NCBI RefSeq assembly: GCF_006345805.1
Contig: NC_043006.1
Coordinates: 98,642,001 to 98,706,000, forward strand
DNA: 64,000 nt
DNA from: Octopus sinensis
Lineage: Eukaryota
Direction: 5' to 3'
Made by a program: the position numbers and the translations under genes. Below are positions 36,732 through 50,337 of the stretch, piece by piece; position 1 is the stretch's first letter; each line of letters opens with the position of its first letter. The notes under the pieces were generated by a model. That model had not been told where the DNA came from and made no database searches. It saw nothing but the letters and a program-made list of their open reading frames with translations.

Positions 36732-39700
36732 CACAGTCTTAAAGTCATGGTCCTCGCTACAGAGCCAACGAAGGCGAAGGAAATGAGAGTAAAGGATGCG
36801 CAGTTTGGTGTGAGCTGAGTGGGAACACAAAGATATTTCTCATTAGGCTCTACGTCAAGTCCATGTCTAGTAACAATGATTGTGGTTGCGGCTAACATAA
36901 ATCTTCACGTCATTCAGAAAATTCAAAACATCCAATGGTAGTTATAAAGGAATTCAACAGATAAGAAAAGTAAGGTGATTCTTCCACTTTCTCACGGTTG
37001 TTTCATAGTCTTCGTAGTCATATAATTGGCATTACATCAACACATGCGTGTCATCACGCATATGTACAGGAAACTCAAACGTAAACTAATATAGTAACCT
37101 TCAGAACGGCAAAACATTTCATATACACTAGACTGTTGATGTAATATCAATTATACACCTACATTGAATATAAAACAGCTATAAATAAATGGAAAAATCT
37201 ATTATCTCAATTACATCTTTCATCTGGTTTATTTATAAACACCCACCCACACACCCACCCCTACACACTCATTCATATATAAATATATACATAAAAACCT
37301 GCATGCATGCATACACACACGAATGCACACACATATATATACATGTATATATACATATATACATGCATGCACGCAAGCAGTTAGACACACATACTTGAAA
37401 GTTAGTGTTCATTAACAACAGATATCTATAAATAGATGCTTAAAAGGAAGTGGTGAAAGATTCATCCAATAGATTGTAATTCAGCCAATGGTACAAACGC
37501 AGATGAAGTAGACCTATCATATAGATATTAAATATTGATGGAAATCCCTTCAGAAACGTCATACATTTCGTTTTCTTACAGATGCCAAGGAGAAGTGTAA
37601 ACTCTCTCTGATATTGGAAGTGACTTTCTCATATTTTCTTTAGAAATCAAAGTCGGGTGTCTTAAAAGTTAATTTGTTTAATGTTCTGTCGCTTTAGTAC
37701 GTTCGTTAGATATCATTTCATGCAAATCTACTTGCCTGCAATAGGAAATGCAATAGCAAACATTATTTTGCACAAGTCGTTCACCGAAATACAAAGATTT
37801 TATAAAAATAATATTAAAACATTTGTTTATTACTTCATCAGTTATTCGATTCTTCTGCCTATATCTGTTCTTGCCCTTATGGTATTTAGCATCCCTTACG
37901 ACTCATTTTGAAAGAGATATTTCCATGAAAAACATTTCCAGAAAATTAAAAAAAAGAAAAAACAATAACATGGTATTACTTTGAAACATGTAAACGCTTG
38001 GTTATATAAAAGCAGAGGGCGTCCCAACGTCTCTGTTTTGTTATATGACAAAACTATTTCATATCGTGGCAAAATGCCTAATTGAATATAATTGTCTCTA
38101 ACTCTCATTGATACTAATTAACATTTATTTTCTCCTCTCGAATTCCTATTCAAGGCTCAAATGCTTTGTTCCTTCGAGAAGTGGTTACCAATTTACTGCG
38201 AGTATTTCTTCGAAAATTTAATTAACTCTTCCAACCTTACCACATTATTACAACGCTAAAATGCAGAGTGGAAGACACTGCGAGAAGATATTTGTGTATT
38301 ATGATTTTCAGATTGTTCCCGGGCGTAATGGAAGTTATTTTTATTGTGTTCATATTCCTTTTCAGGTGTTGGTTAATAAAATCGTGCAAGCTTTAACTGA
38401 AAAAAGAGAAATTGTTTGCACAAGCAATTAAAGCATATTCTATGGAGAGGAAACGAGGGTTAATTATGAAGTAGTTAGACTGAAAACATCAAACGCATCG
38501 TATTAAAATTCTATTCAAAAGATTAATAGTGTTAACAACCTGTATAAAACGACAAGAGTACGGAAAATATTATTTTGAGGGTAAATTGTCCCTTGCAACA
38601 AAATGTAGCATGATTGAGTATAGGTAATTATTTGACTAGGAATTCTATGTTATTTACGGATAGTACTGTACACAAGAGTTTGATATTGCGTCTTATAACG
38701 GTACAATAACGTCAGTAATAACAACTCCATATTCAAAACTACAGAATATTTTTCAATAAAGTTCTTTCTTAGAGTAAACTAGTTTTCATCTCTGTTGTAT
38801 AATATTGCAATTTATTTCCCCCTTGAGCATTATGCTTTTATGAGTATATATTTGGTAGACATGATAAGATATTGAATTATATCATATTAAATGAATGTTA
38901 TTGGTTGAAAATTAATGTTTGGATTTTCTGTTAGAAAGAAAATAAATTTACATATATGTTCGATCAATATGCTTGGAAAGTTTAATATAAGCAAAACTGC
39001 ACATTAATTTTGTGTTCACATATTTTGCCTACGCAGTGTTTGTTTGCTTGGCCATAGAAATTATTGTGATTGCACAAACCTGCAGGGAGACGTGCTTGTC
39101 GAGCTAAGATGCGTCAAAAATATATAACATTGGAGTGAATCTTTGTATTTGTGAGTCATTTCACTTTGTAGCTAAAGAAAGTAAAGCTTTGTTCGAAAAT
39201 GTCAATGGAAGTTACGTGTCTTTGTCGGTAACAAAAATTGCGTCGGTTAGAGCGTACAAAAATTTACAAAATAGCGACTGTCTTCTCTCTGCAAGTTCTT
39301 TATAGCTTCAGCACAATGAGGTGGTCTAAAGATTTTGAATATAAATCTCATATCGGAACACCATATTTCATATACATTAGATGGTCTCACAATGGAAGAA
39401 TGAACAGGAAAATATAATTCCAAATCAATAGAGTGACTCTCAAAGTATGAAGTATTATTTATTGATTGTTGTGTATTATGTGCTGAAGGAGTAAACCATG
39501 GAGTCAAAATGAATTTTACGAATAGCAGATCCTCAATGTATTATATTATTTTTGTTTAAGTAACATTATTTGTGGGTAGCGACACTGTTTTAATCGTTGT
39601 AACACACAAATGCATTGAATTCAACAATTATCTCCCTAAATCACATTTGCTTCATTGAAACTCCTTGCAATTACGACTATGGATGATGATAGGTTTTCTT

Positions 39701-39868
39701 AACAAGCGCAGATTTTAGTCTAGATATTGAAAATTGTATCCACATGGTCTTTTAATTTGTATTTGTATTGGCTTACTATCTTGGAACACCCATAACGAAA
39801 CTCAATGCCGTATAATTATTTTCATGTGTAAACAATATTTAAATCAGATACGTTTTATTCTCTCTCTG

Positions 39869-39899
<31 letters not shown>

Positions 39900-40845
39900 T
39901 TCTGTATATATATATATATATATAATATATATATATATATATAATATATATATATACATAGTTTTTATATTTGAAGGTTTACTTTTTTCTTCAAGAATAA
40001 GTGATCTCCATGGATTATATCTCAACAAAGTAAAAGCATACAACCAATATAAGTAATGATTACAGGAAATGGGAATATTGGATTCAAATTTTGACAGAAG
40101 ACAAGGACTTTCGAGAGAGGAATAAGTCGATTAAATCGTCCCCAGTGTTCAACAGGCATCGCAGACATTTGAGGGGAATTTAATGTAACGACAATATGAA
40201 GTGTGCCATTAAGACATAAGCCATGATAACGAGTTTCAAACGAAGAATAATTTACTGTGAGTTCAGATGGATCCGTTTCCATGAAACATACCCGTTTCTG
40301 TTTCTATACCAGTTCAACTTAAATATCAAGATAATCAAACCTTTTTATGAAGTATCTTGCTGGTGATAACTTACGGATGCCCATTTGGCCATGTTCAAAT
40401 AATAAATTAAATATAATTAAAGACACAAACAATATCGAATCATAAAACAATTATGAGCGAAATATGTCAGCGTCAATAACGTAGCTCTTGAATATGTAAA
40501 ATAGAGGTACGTTATGGTAAGAACAAATGCCAGAACTAAATATAATGATGAGCAACTTGGAAAGTGATGAAATAAAACTCGGTAATCTCCGTTCTTATGA
40601 GAGGATCACACAATTGAATACTATGTAGTGGAGCCACCACGTTAATGTTCGCGTTTAGCTAGCTACAAATGAAACGTTGTGCTATACATGTAAAGAACAA
40701 ACAAGAAGTGATGGGTACATGAATGAATCCGATGAAATAATATTAGAATTTCGGGTGGCAAAGAAACGATTCTTAGATGTCTAAATGAAAACCAAGGCAA
40801 ATTTGAAATATGTATAAAAACTAATTCGCATCAAAACTATACATG

Positions 40846-40893
40846 CTAAAAACAGAGCTAAAAACAGAGCTAAAAACAGAGCTAAAAACAGAG
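40846..40893. repeat. 12-bp tandem repeat (ctaaaaacagag)x4
   Basis: Direct reading. Confidence 0.9.
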
Positions 40894-41894
40894 GAAGCAT
40901 TTTTAGATATAGCATGTCAATCATGGGACATCAAATTGCTGAAAGAAATAATTACTGCAGATATATATAGAAATATGAAGGGCAACTACAAGATCTGTAC
41001 AAATGATGCTATAAATTATTCAGGTTCTTCTCTGGAATGTTCATACCGTAGATACTTGAGCATTCTCTAAAGATCTGTTATTGTGCATAACTGGAGCCGC
41101 TTCCCGCATGCTGGACTTCGTAAGAACTACAGAAACAGGCTTTAGAGCATATAAGGTAAAATATGATGTTTCTCGCCAAAACACACCAATACTGTTTTCT
41201 TCCCTCTAAGATTTTTTTCGGGTTTTATGGATTTGGCTGATCACATACTCCCGCCAAGCAGCCACAAGAAATTCATTACTGCCTTCAATAAAGCACCAAA
41301 TTAAACAAAATTAAGTTCTACTATTTCAAAGCTTTGAAACTATTTTCGTATACACATTTCCTGCACACTTTGATTTCCAAGACTTGAAGAAAACATCAAT
41401 ATATTCAAATCACCAACTTGGCACCATCTGAAATGAACTACAAATACTTGCACAAAATATCAATAATATGCGAGCATGTGTATGTTTATACACACGTGCG
41501 CACGCGCGTGTGAGTGTGTATGTAATGGAGGCATCACAATGAAAACTGAAGTATTATACATATTCAAACATTATTTATTGAATATGTTTCGCAACTTCTA
41601 TTTCCCATGCATAAACGTTACGCTTCACAGCAACTTAAATATATGATAAAGATACTCATGATCCCTGGGCGACGGATTGATGGGTCACTGATGAAGATTG
41701 ATGAAATCTGATATGGCTCCATATTGCTTATCGTAGGAAGGGAGCCTGTCTCCCTTGTCAGCCGTTCGAAAAGTGCTCTCACGTGCTTAAGAGTTCTTTT
41801 AACTCTTATTTCTCGCATTGATTGTACTTACTATTGTGCAAATAGCCACCTTAATTTCTCTACTTCCTTCCCTAATTCTTCAATCCCTCTGCTG

Positions 41895-41935
<41 letters not shown>

Positions 41936-42094
41936 CGGTCGTGTTATTCTTTGCTCCGCAGTGAAAGATTGTTTTTGTGCTGAAAAGTTTGAAAATTTGC
42001 TGTTTTGGTCGTCGAGGCCACTTCTTTTCTGCTATTGCAGCAGAGTTCTGCTGTTTTTTCCCCCTTGTTTCAAGGGGGAAGTGACGAAAAAGAC

Positions 42095-43638
42095 ATGAAT
42101 TTGCAACCAGTCTCCTCCGAGTCGGAGGAAAACGTTGAAAATTTGTTTGAAGGCATGAAGGAGAAAATGCGGGAGGAGGAAGGTAGAAGTAAAGAGACGC
42201 CTCACGCGAGCGTCACAAAAGCAGACGACAATATGTCTGGCGAAGCTAGTAAACGACAAGAAAAGGCAAAAATAGATTTTGCGAGTGCAGCAACTCGCCC
42301 CTGTGAAAACATCGTTATTAACAAAGAAGGATTAAAGAAGTACCAAAGTTTATTAAAAAAAGAAGGTGATAATGTGAAGTTGTTCCCTCCCAGTGAATTG
42401 ATTTACGCGACGGAGAGAAAAACTGTAATTTACAAGACTTATAATGTCAAAAATAAGAAAATTGACTTCGTACAGAGAGAAGCCATTGAAAAATGTTTGA
42501 GGCCGATATGGCAACAAACAAGTTATATAACAAGGGGTAGTCGCTTCGGCACGGTAGAGGTGCGTTTCCCTAGCGAAGAAATAGCTAGGGAACATTCAAC
42601 AAGAACGTTGAAGTCGGAAGAGGTAGTTCTTTTACCATTTTATTTAGGAATGAGAACTAGTAGAATAACGGTTACGGACATTCCGCCCGAAATAGATGTG
42701 GACTTCATAACAGCAGCGATTCTCTTAGGCAAAGAGGAAGAAATTGCCATTCTTCAGTCTAAAAGATATCGCCCCACAACCTGGTATGGACAGGACTTAG
42801 AGCTTGTGATCCAAGCGAACCCCTCGGACTTGGAAAAATTGCCAAGCTCACCTCACCATTGGAGATACCACCTTGATGGTAATAGTCGAGGGAAGAAACC
42901 GAGATGCTATAAATGTGGCGAGAAAGGCCACATACGGTCGAGCTGCAAGAAGACAGCGAAAGAAAATACTACAGAGGCAAGCACGACGCCGAAAACAACT
43001 TCACCGCTAGAAATAGCAGCCACGTCGCGCACCCCAATTGCCGAAATTCAGCCGACAACGGGAGAAACAACGACAACAACGATGACAACAACATCAACAA
43101 CATCCAGGAGTGGGTCAACGTGGAAGCTTCAAAAAGAAGACGGAAACGGAAAAATCCACCCTCTTCGGATACACAGGACTATACTCTGACACAGACAAGC
43201 ACACCCACACCCACAAATACAGTCGCAAACAAACACACACGTAGCCAAAAAAAACACACACACTGGAAAAAGCACACACAAACACTCACACACCTACCAC
43301 AAGCACGCACACACCTACAGACACCCACGCTTCTACAAGCACACACACACCCACAAACACACACACACAGCCCCTTCCACAATCACCTAAGAAAAAAAAA
43401 GAAACACCTTCACGGCGATAAATAAAAACAATAACCCATTAAGGGAAAAATTAATTTACTGAAATCGGCGAAAAAATATATCGCAACAGATATAAATAGT
43501 ATTATATCCGAAAATGTAGAATTTTATACGATAGATAACGAGGATTATTTTGAAATTAAAAAATCTTTTGCGGAGGACGTAGGCCCGTTACAGATGAACT
43601 TTTCAAGCCATCTGTACAAGCAATTCGCAAAAAACTGA
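42095..43638 (+). CDS. Tx1 ORF1 (gag-like nucleic-acid-binding protein), frameshifted
   Basis: ATG at 42095; RGSRFGTVEVRF (RRM-like), RITVTDIPPE, CYKCGEKGHIRSSC, EWVNV..KRRRK; last segment ends at TGA 43636-43638. Confidence 0.75.
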
Positions 43639-43744
43639 CCTCGCAAAACACAACACTCACAGACAGAAAAGATGAGGGTGAAACTACACCCTCTCTTCTG
43701 TTAAAACAGTAAGTTTTAAACATTCAACTAAATTTTCACATTCT

Positions 43745-46700
43745 CGTTTAAACTCGGTTGTATAATATTCGCGGCCTGGGGTCGTATTGGAAGCAAGGCT
43801 ACCTCCTTAACGACCTTAGGTCGCATCGTTTGGATGTAGTGGTAATTACCGAATCCAGACTGAGTGGGCTGCAGGCTTTTTCGCCCCTTCTAAACGGCTA
43901 CGAGAAATACGTTTCTCCCTGTCGACCTGGAGGGGGAGGAGGAGTGGCAGTGCTGGTCAGGAAAAACCTGGATTTAGAGATTAGAACTGTCTTTATAGAT
44001 CCGGAAGGCAGGTTGGTCGTTTTGGATGTGACGCACAGCAGTGGTAAAGTGTTCAGGCTGGTCGCTGTCTATGCTCCCTGCGAAGGAAAAGCCGGGCAGA
44101 AAGAGTATTTCAAAAGCCTAGAGAATTTTCTTGGCACGTCGAACACGTTAGTATTGCTTGGTGACTTCAACATAATTTGCGATGCAAGCGTAGATTATGT
44201 TGGCTCAAGAAAGAATACGAGGGGATTACCTCACCTCAACGATATGCTAAGTCGTTTCGAATTGGCAGATAGATTCAGACTGGACCATCCAGACATTCCA
44301 GAGTGGACCTGGGCAAGAAACGATGGGTCGTCCAGATCTTATATCGATAGAATCATAACTAGAAGGAAAGATAAAAAAATACTTAGCTGTCCACAACACC
44401 ATATCGTCAGCTACAGCGATCACAAATTAGTGACCTGTACGCTCGACATAGATAGCATGTGTAGACGAGGTAACGGCTACTGGAAGCTAAACAAGTCACT
44501 ATTGGACTGTGAAGCCTACAGGAATCGGATTAAACAATTAGTAATGAGGGCGTTAACCGGATCCATTATCAACAATAAATGGTGGTACGCCCTGAAAAGA
44601 GCCATCAAATTTGAGTCAATTAGGTTTAGCAAAGAACTAGCTAGTGCTAGAAACAAAGTAGAAAAGGAACTAGTTAAGGCTATAGAGAGGCAATGAGGTC
44701 AGGCTGTGCATCGAAAGTGATAGCGGCGAGGTTAGCACTAGACCAACATCTCCAAGCTAAACATGAAGGGTGCATTATTAGGGCTAAGATCCGTGCAATG
44801 AGACAGGAAGGGATCAACGCAGCCGGATGGGCCCGGGTGGTAGAGGGCCAGCGTGGCAACAACTCAACCATTCGATCCTTGACGGGCCCAAATGGTCGAT
44901 TAGTAAACGAACCCGAGGAGATGTGCAAGGTGTTTCATGATCATTTCGCCCAGCTATTCGGGAGGAGCGGCGAGCTGGAGCGCGGGGAGAAGCTCGCAGA
45001 CTTCCTAGCCGGTTCGCCGCGTCTATCGGGGCCGGACGCGGAATCTTGTGAGGCGCCGATCACAGCCAAAGAAGTCGAGGATATGTTGGCAGAATGCGGC
45101 GGGGACAAATCGCCGGGACTCGATGGTCTGCCTTACGAACTCTATAGTAGCATGCCAGACTTGTTTGGGCACCTACTTGCATGCGTGTACACCAACTGGC
45201 AGCAGAACGGGAGAATTCCTAAGTCTGTGAGCCGAGGGGTGGTAGCGTTGTAAGAAGGACCCAAACAAGGGGGATTTAATTGATAATTTCCGGCCTATCA
45301 CTCTGCTTAACGCAGAGTTGAAGATCTTGGCCAAGGTCTTAGCAAAAAGGTTGGCGAGGGTCGTGGGTGAACTTGTTGGCGAGGCGCAAACTTGCGCCAT
45401 CCCTGGAAGGACCATCCACGACAATCTCAACTTTCTACGCTATGCCTTAGAAAGGGTAAATAGGATTCCTGGCAAGGGTGGGGCTATGGTCCACTTGGAC
45501 CAATCGAAAGCGTTTGATAGGGTGGACCATCAGTATCTGGCGGCGGTCCTCGCGGCGGCTGGTTTCGGCCCGACCTTCCGCGGATGGATCATCGCTTTAT
45601 ACAGCAACATCGAATCGGTAGTTCGGGTAAATGGTTTCCTTTCGGAGCCGTTCAGCATTGAACGTTCGGTACGTCAAGGGTGTCCTCTCTCCCCGCTTCT
45701 CTACGTTTTGGCCCTCGATCCGTTGCTGAGGAGGTTGGAAACTATGAGAGGCACCCCGCAAGATCTAGGGTGCGGAAAGTCAGCTTCGGCGTATGCGGAC
45801 GACATCACCGTCATCGTTTCCCGAGTCGAGCACCTACAGTGGGTGGGTGAGGCCTTAAGGGACTACGAAGCGGTGGCAGGAGCGAAAGTCAACCGGGATA
45901 AATCGGTCGGCTTGCAACTCGGCACCTGGAGGGGCAAGTCGATGTCTTCCGACAGCGTCGTAGGACGTTGGACGGAAGGACCGGTGAAAATGCTTGGGAT
46001 CTGGTTAGGTCCAGATCTCCAGATAGAGAAGAATTGGAGCGAGGTGGCGAGAAAGGTGGCTCTCCTAACTCAGACATGGTCTGAACGGAATCTGTCCTTG
46101 AAAGGAAGGCGGAGGTTGCAGAAGTGTTTATCGCCTCTGTAATCACTTACCGCCTAACCGTAGTGCCTTGCCCCGATTCGTGGCTGAACAAACTGGAACG
46201 CATGCTTTTTCGCTTTTTGTGGAGGGGCAGCAGACCTCTTGTAAGGCGCCCTATTTGCTGCCAAAAGCCGCTGAACGGTGGGTTAGGGATGCCGTGGCTA
46301 AAAATGCGCAGACATGCGCTCAGGCTTAGGCACCTCTGGATTTACCTGGACGGTGAGCAGGTGTGGTCTCCGTTTGTCAAGCTGTTATTTCCACAGTTCA
46401 CATCGTTTAACGAACTGAACCCATGGATCAAGTGTAGACCGAGGTTGGGCATGTGGCATGCAGAGTGCTATCAGGCACTCGTGCTTCTCTCCCAGTCGGG
46501 CAACGCCGGTGGCGGGGCTACTACCGCGTTCTTCTATAGAGGGTTAGTAGAGTTTAAGTGTGACGACGTCCTAGGAGAAACTCTGGGCTTCGACGAAAAT
46601 CAACTGGCCAGCCTGTTCCAAAGAACATTCGGTCCGGGGCCTATGGATAATTACCAAAAGTCCCTGGCCTGGCAATGTTACAGAGGAGCTTTACCGGTTC

Positions 46701-47141
46701 GAGATAAGCTCTTTAGACATGGTATGCACCTTCGCCGGTTTGTGCAAGATGTAAGAGGGACAGTGAAACTGTCCTGCACGCGATTGTGCAATGCCCCAAG
46801 GTGACTGAACTCTGGACTTATGTCGAACACCTGCTGTCGCATTCGAGAAGAGTACAACTGTCGAGCGAATCTGTAATTAAGATAGTTCCGCCGACCTTCC
46901 TGAATAGGGAGGAGCGAGCCTGTTTTCTTTCGGTAGTTGCTATGCGAAAGAAGTAGTGTGGAAGACGAGAGTAAAAGGAATTGCAACAGGCATGTTTATC
47001 TCCAGTCTCGAGCTAATCGACTTTTTCGTTTTCCACATGAAACGGAAAATAAGGCTGGAGAAGAAATGCCTGTCGCAAAGTGTGTTTCGTAAAAGATGGA
47101 AGTCTATAGCAAGTATGTTGCGAGTGAAAGAACCTATTTAA
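43745..47141 (+). CDS. Tx1 ORF2 (APE endonuclease, reverse transcriptase), about six 1-2 nt frameshifts
   Basis: NIRGL, VITES, LGDFN, SYIDRI, SDHK, KSPGLDGLP, FRPITLLN, LDQSKAFDRV, VRQGCPLSPLL, AYADDIT (~45789), CARCKRDSETVLHAIVQCP. Confidence 0.88.
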
Positions 47142-47357
47142 TCGAGAATGTAAAAAAGGATAAAGCAAAGTCTTCAGTGTGAGTATGTGGTTTGTGGGGT
47201 CGACCGCGTCCTCCGCTTCATTTTTTGTTAATCACTCATTCTCATTTAATTGTATATATATATTAATTGTTTGTTTATTCATGTTTCGTCTCATTCGATA
47301 CCCTGACCCCAACGTTTGTTTTGTCCCCTCTTTTTCTCAACCTTATGGTGAAAAAAG

Positions 47358-48460
<1,103 letters not shown>

Positions 48461-48559
48461 AACTGTATTTTTATTTTGTATTTTAATTTGTAATTTTATT
48501 TGTATCGTTTTTACGTCCTGTTTGTGTCACATTTTGTTCTTTCCTTGTTTTTACCCCTC

Positions 48560-48860
48560 TGCGAAGTAATTTCCTTTAATTTCTTCGCAGGAAGGTCTTG
48601 TTCGACGAGTCGTGTTCTGTTATCACCTTCGAAACACGCTGAAGTTGAACTAGGGACAGCTGATGAAGGGGATTTTTCCTTGTGTAGTTTGTCTAGTACT
48701 CTGTTTTTTCTTTGTAAAAAAAAGGTTCGTTCCATGCTTGTTTTTACGTTTTCGTTCTCGTTGAGTTCTGCGTCTATTTGTGGTGTCCTGTACTCACGTA
48801 TATATATTTATATATGCATGTATATATACATGTAGATGTAGGTACGTACATATATGTATG
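48560..48860 (+). repeat. Dispersed repeat homologous to 28200-28400
   Basis: See 28200-28400; this copy also has gaaggt..accttc-gaaac upstream of ctgatgaag. Confidence 0.55.
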
Positions 48861-48974
48861 TATGTATGCATATATCTTATTTATTACACTATTGTATAAC
48901 TGAGCACCTTCGCGTCGATTCGATTCGTTCCGTTTCGTTTCCTTTCTTCTTCTCCCAGTACAGTTTATATATAT

Positions 48975-49045
<71 letters not shown>

Positions 49046-49250
49046 TATATATATATATGTATATATCATTGTTAAAGATAACAACAAACATTAAGGTAAG
49101 GTAAACATCTCAAGTCATATGCATTATTACTATTGGAAAAATTCAAAGTCTTACAGCTGTTTCTTGGATATCCTAGAGTATGGAATATCCGTTACAGCAC
49201 TTACCTAGCGTACCTATTCGTTCAAATCACCTGTGAACCCCATATGTTGA

Positions 49251-49287
<37 letters not shown>

Positions 49288-50166
49288 CACTTACATACAT
49301 ACATACATACATATTATACCAAGTATGAAGGATTTATAAATCGGGGCAGATCTATTGTAAGCAATCGATCTGTGCAAACTTGGCTATGTGGAACAGCCTG
49401 AGACACGTAAAATCCTCATAGTGTTTCCATCAATATAAAAACATTTCAACAATTTTCAAAGTATATCATAAGGGATTAAATAAAAAGGAAGAATAAGAGA
49501 TCTTTAATCTCAAAATATGTCATACAATGACCGACCGTTACAAATAGTACAAATGTACAAATCTTTCCAAACTGGATCTATTTTCATGTTGTACCATTTG
49601 TTATATTTAAAAACGCCATTGGTGGGATATAATCCTGAATTAAATATGTGTTATTCACCGTTATAAATATCGTATGTATGTATATATGTACGTATATGTA
49701 TATGTACGTGTATACCTATATATGTATATGTACGTGTATACGTATATATGTGTGTGCATCTATATCTATATAATGTATATGTAACAGCGTATTTCTTAAT
49801 GAAAGAACTTACATTTAAATGTCAATCTTAAGAGGAAAATTGTCACAAATATACTGTAATTGTTAATAAACATTTCGCATCCCGTTATCCGCGAAACAGA
49901 GATCATTGCAAATTTATTTTCTCTGCAAGACTTTGATGAATAATCCGGAATTATTTTCATGTCTGAATAATCGTAAATACAGTTTTCCAAATGCTATTGC
50001 AAAGTTACTGAATGACTATCACCACGCCAGACTGACTAAATCATTAGCTTCTAAACTTTTGGAAAACTGTAACTGAAGAAAGCATTAGTATATCCAGCGT
50101 AGTATATGCAAAATCAAGATATATCTGTATTATATATATTATATATATATATATAGATATATATAT

Positions 50167-50216
<50 letters not shown>

Positions 50217-50302
50217 ATATGTATATATATGTATATATATATATGTATATATATATGTATATATATGTATATATATATGTGTATATATATATATATATAT
50301 AT

Positions 50303-50337
<35 letters not shown>

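Noticed and set aside
40846-40893. Short tandem repeat resembling a CRISPR or peptide repeat
   Set aside because: It is a head-to-tail 12-mer with no spacers in eukaryotic DNA, and the ORF has no recognisable domain.
41681-41720. CTGATGA-A-GATT gatga AATC motif
   Set aside because: The GAAA arm and stem III are missing; probably chance or too decayed.
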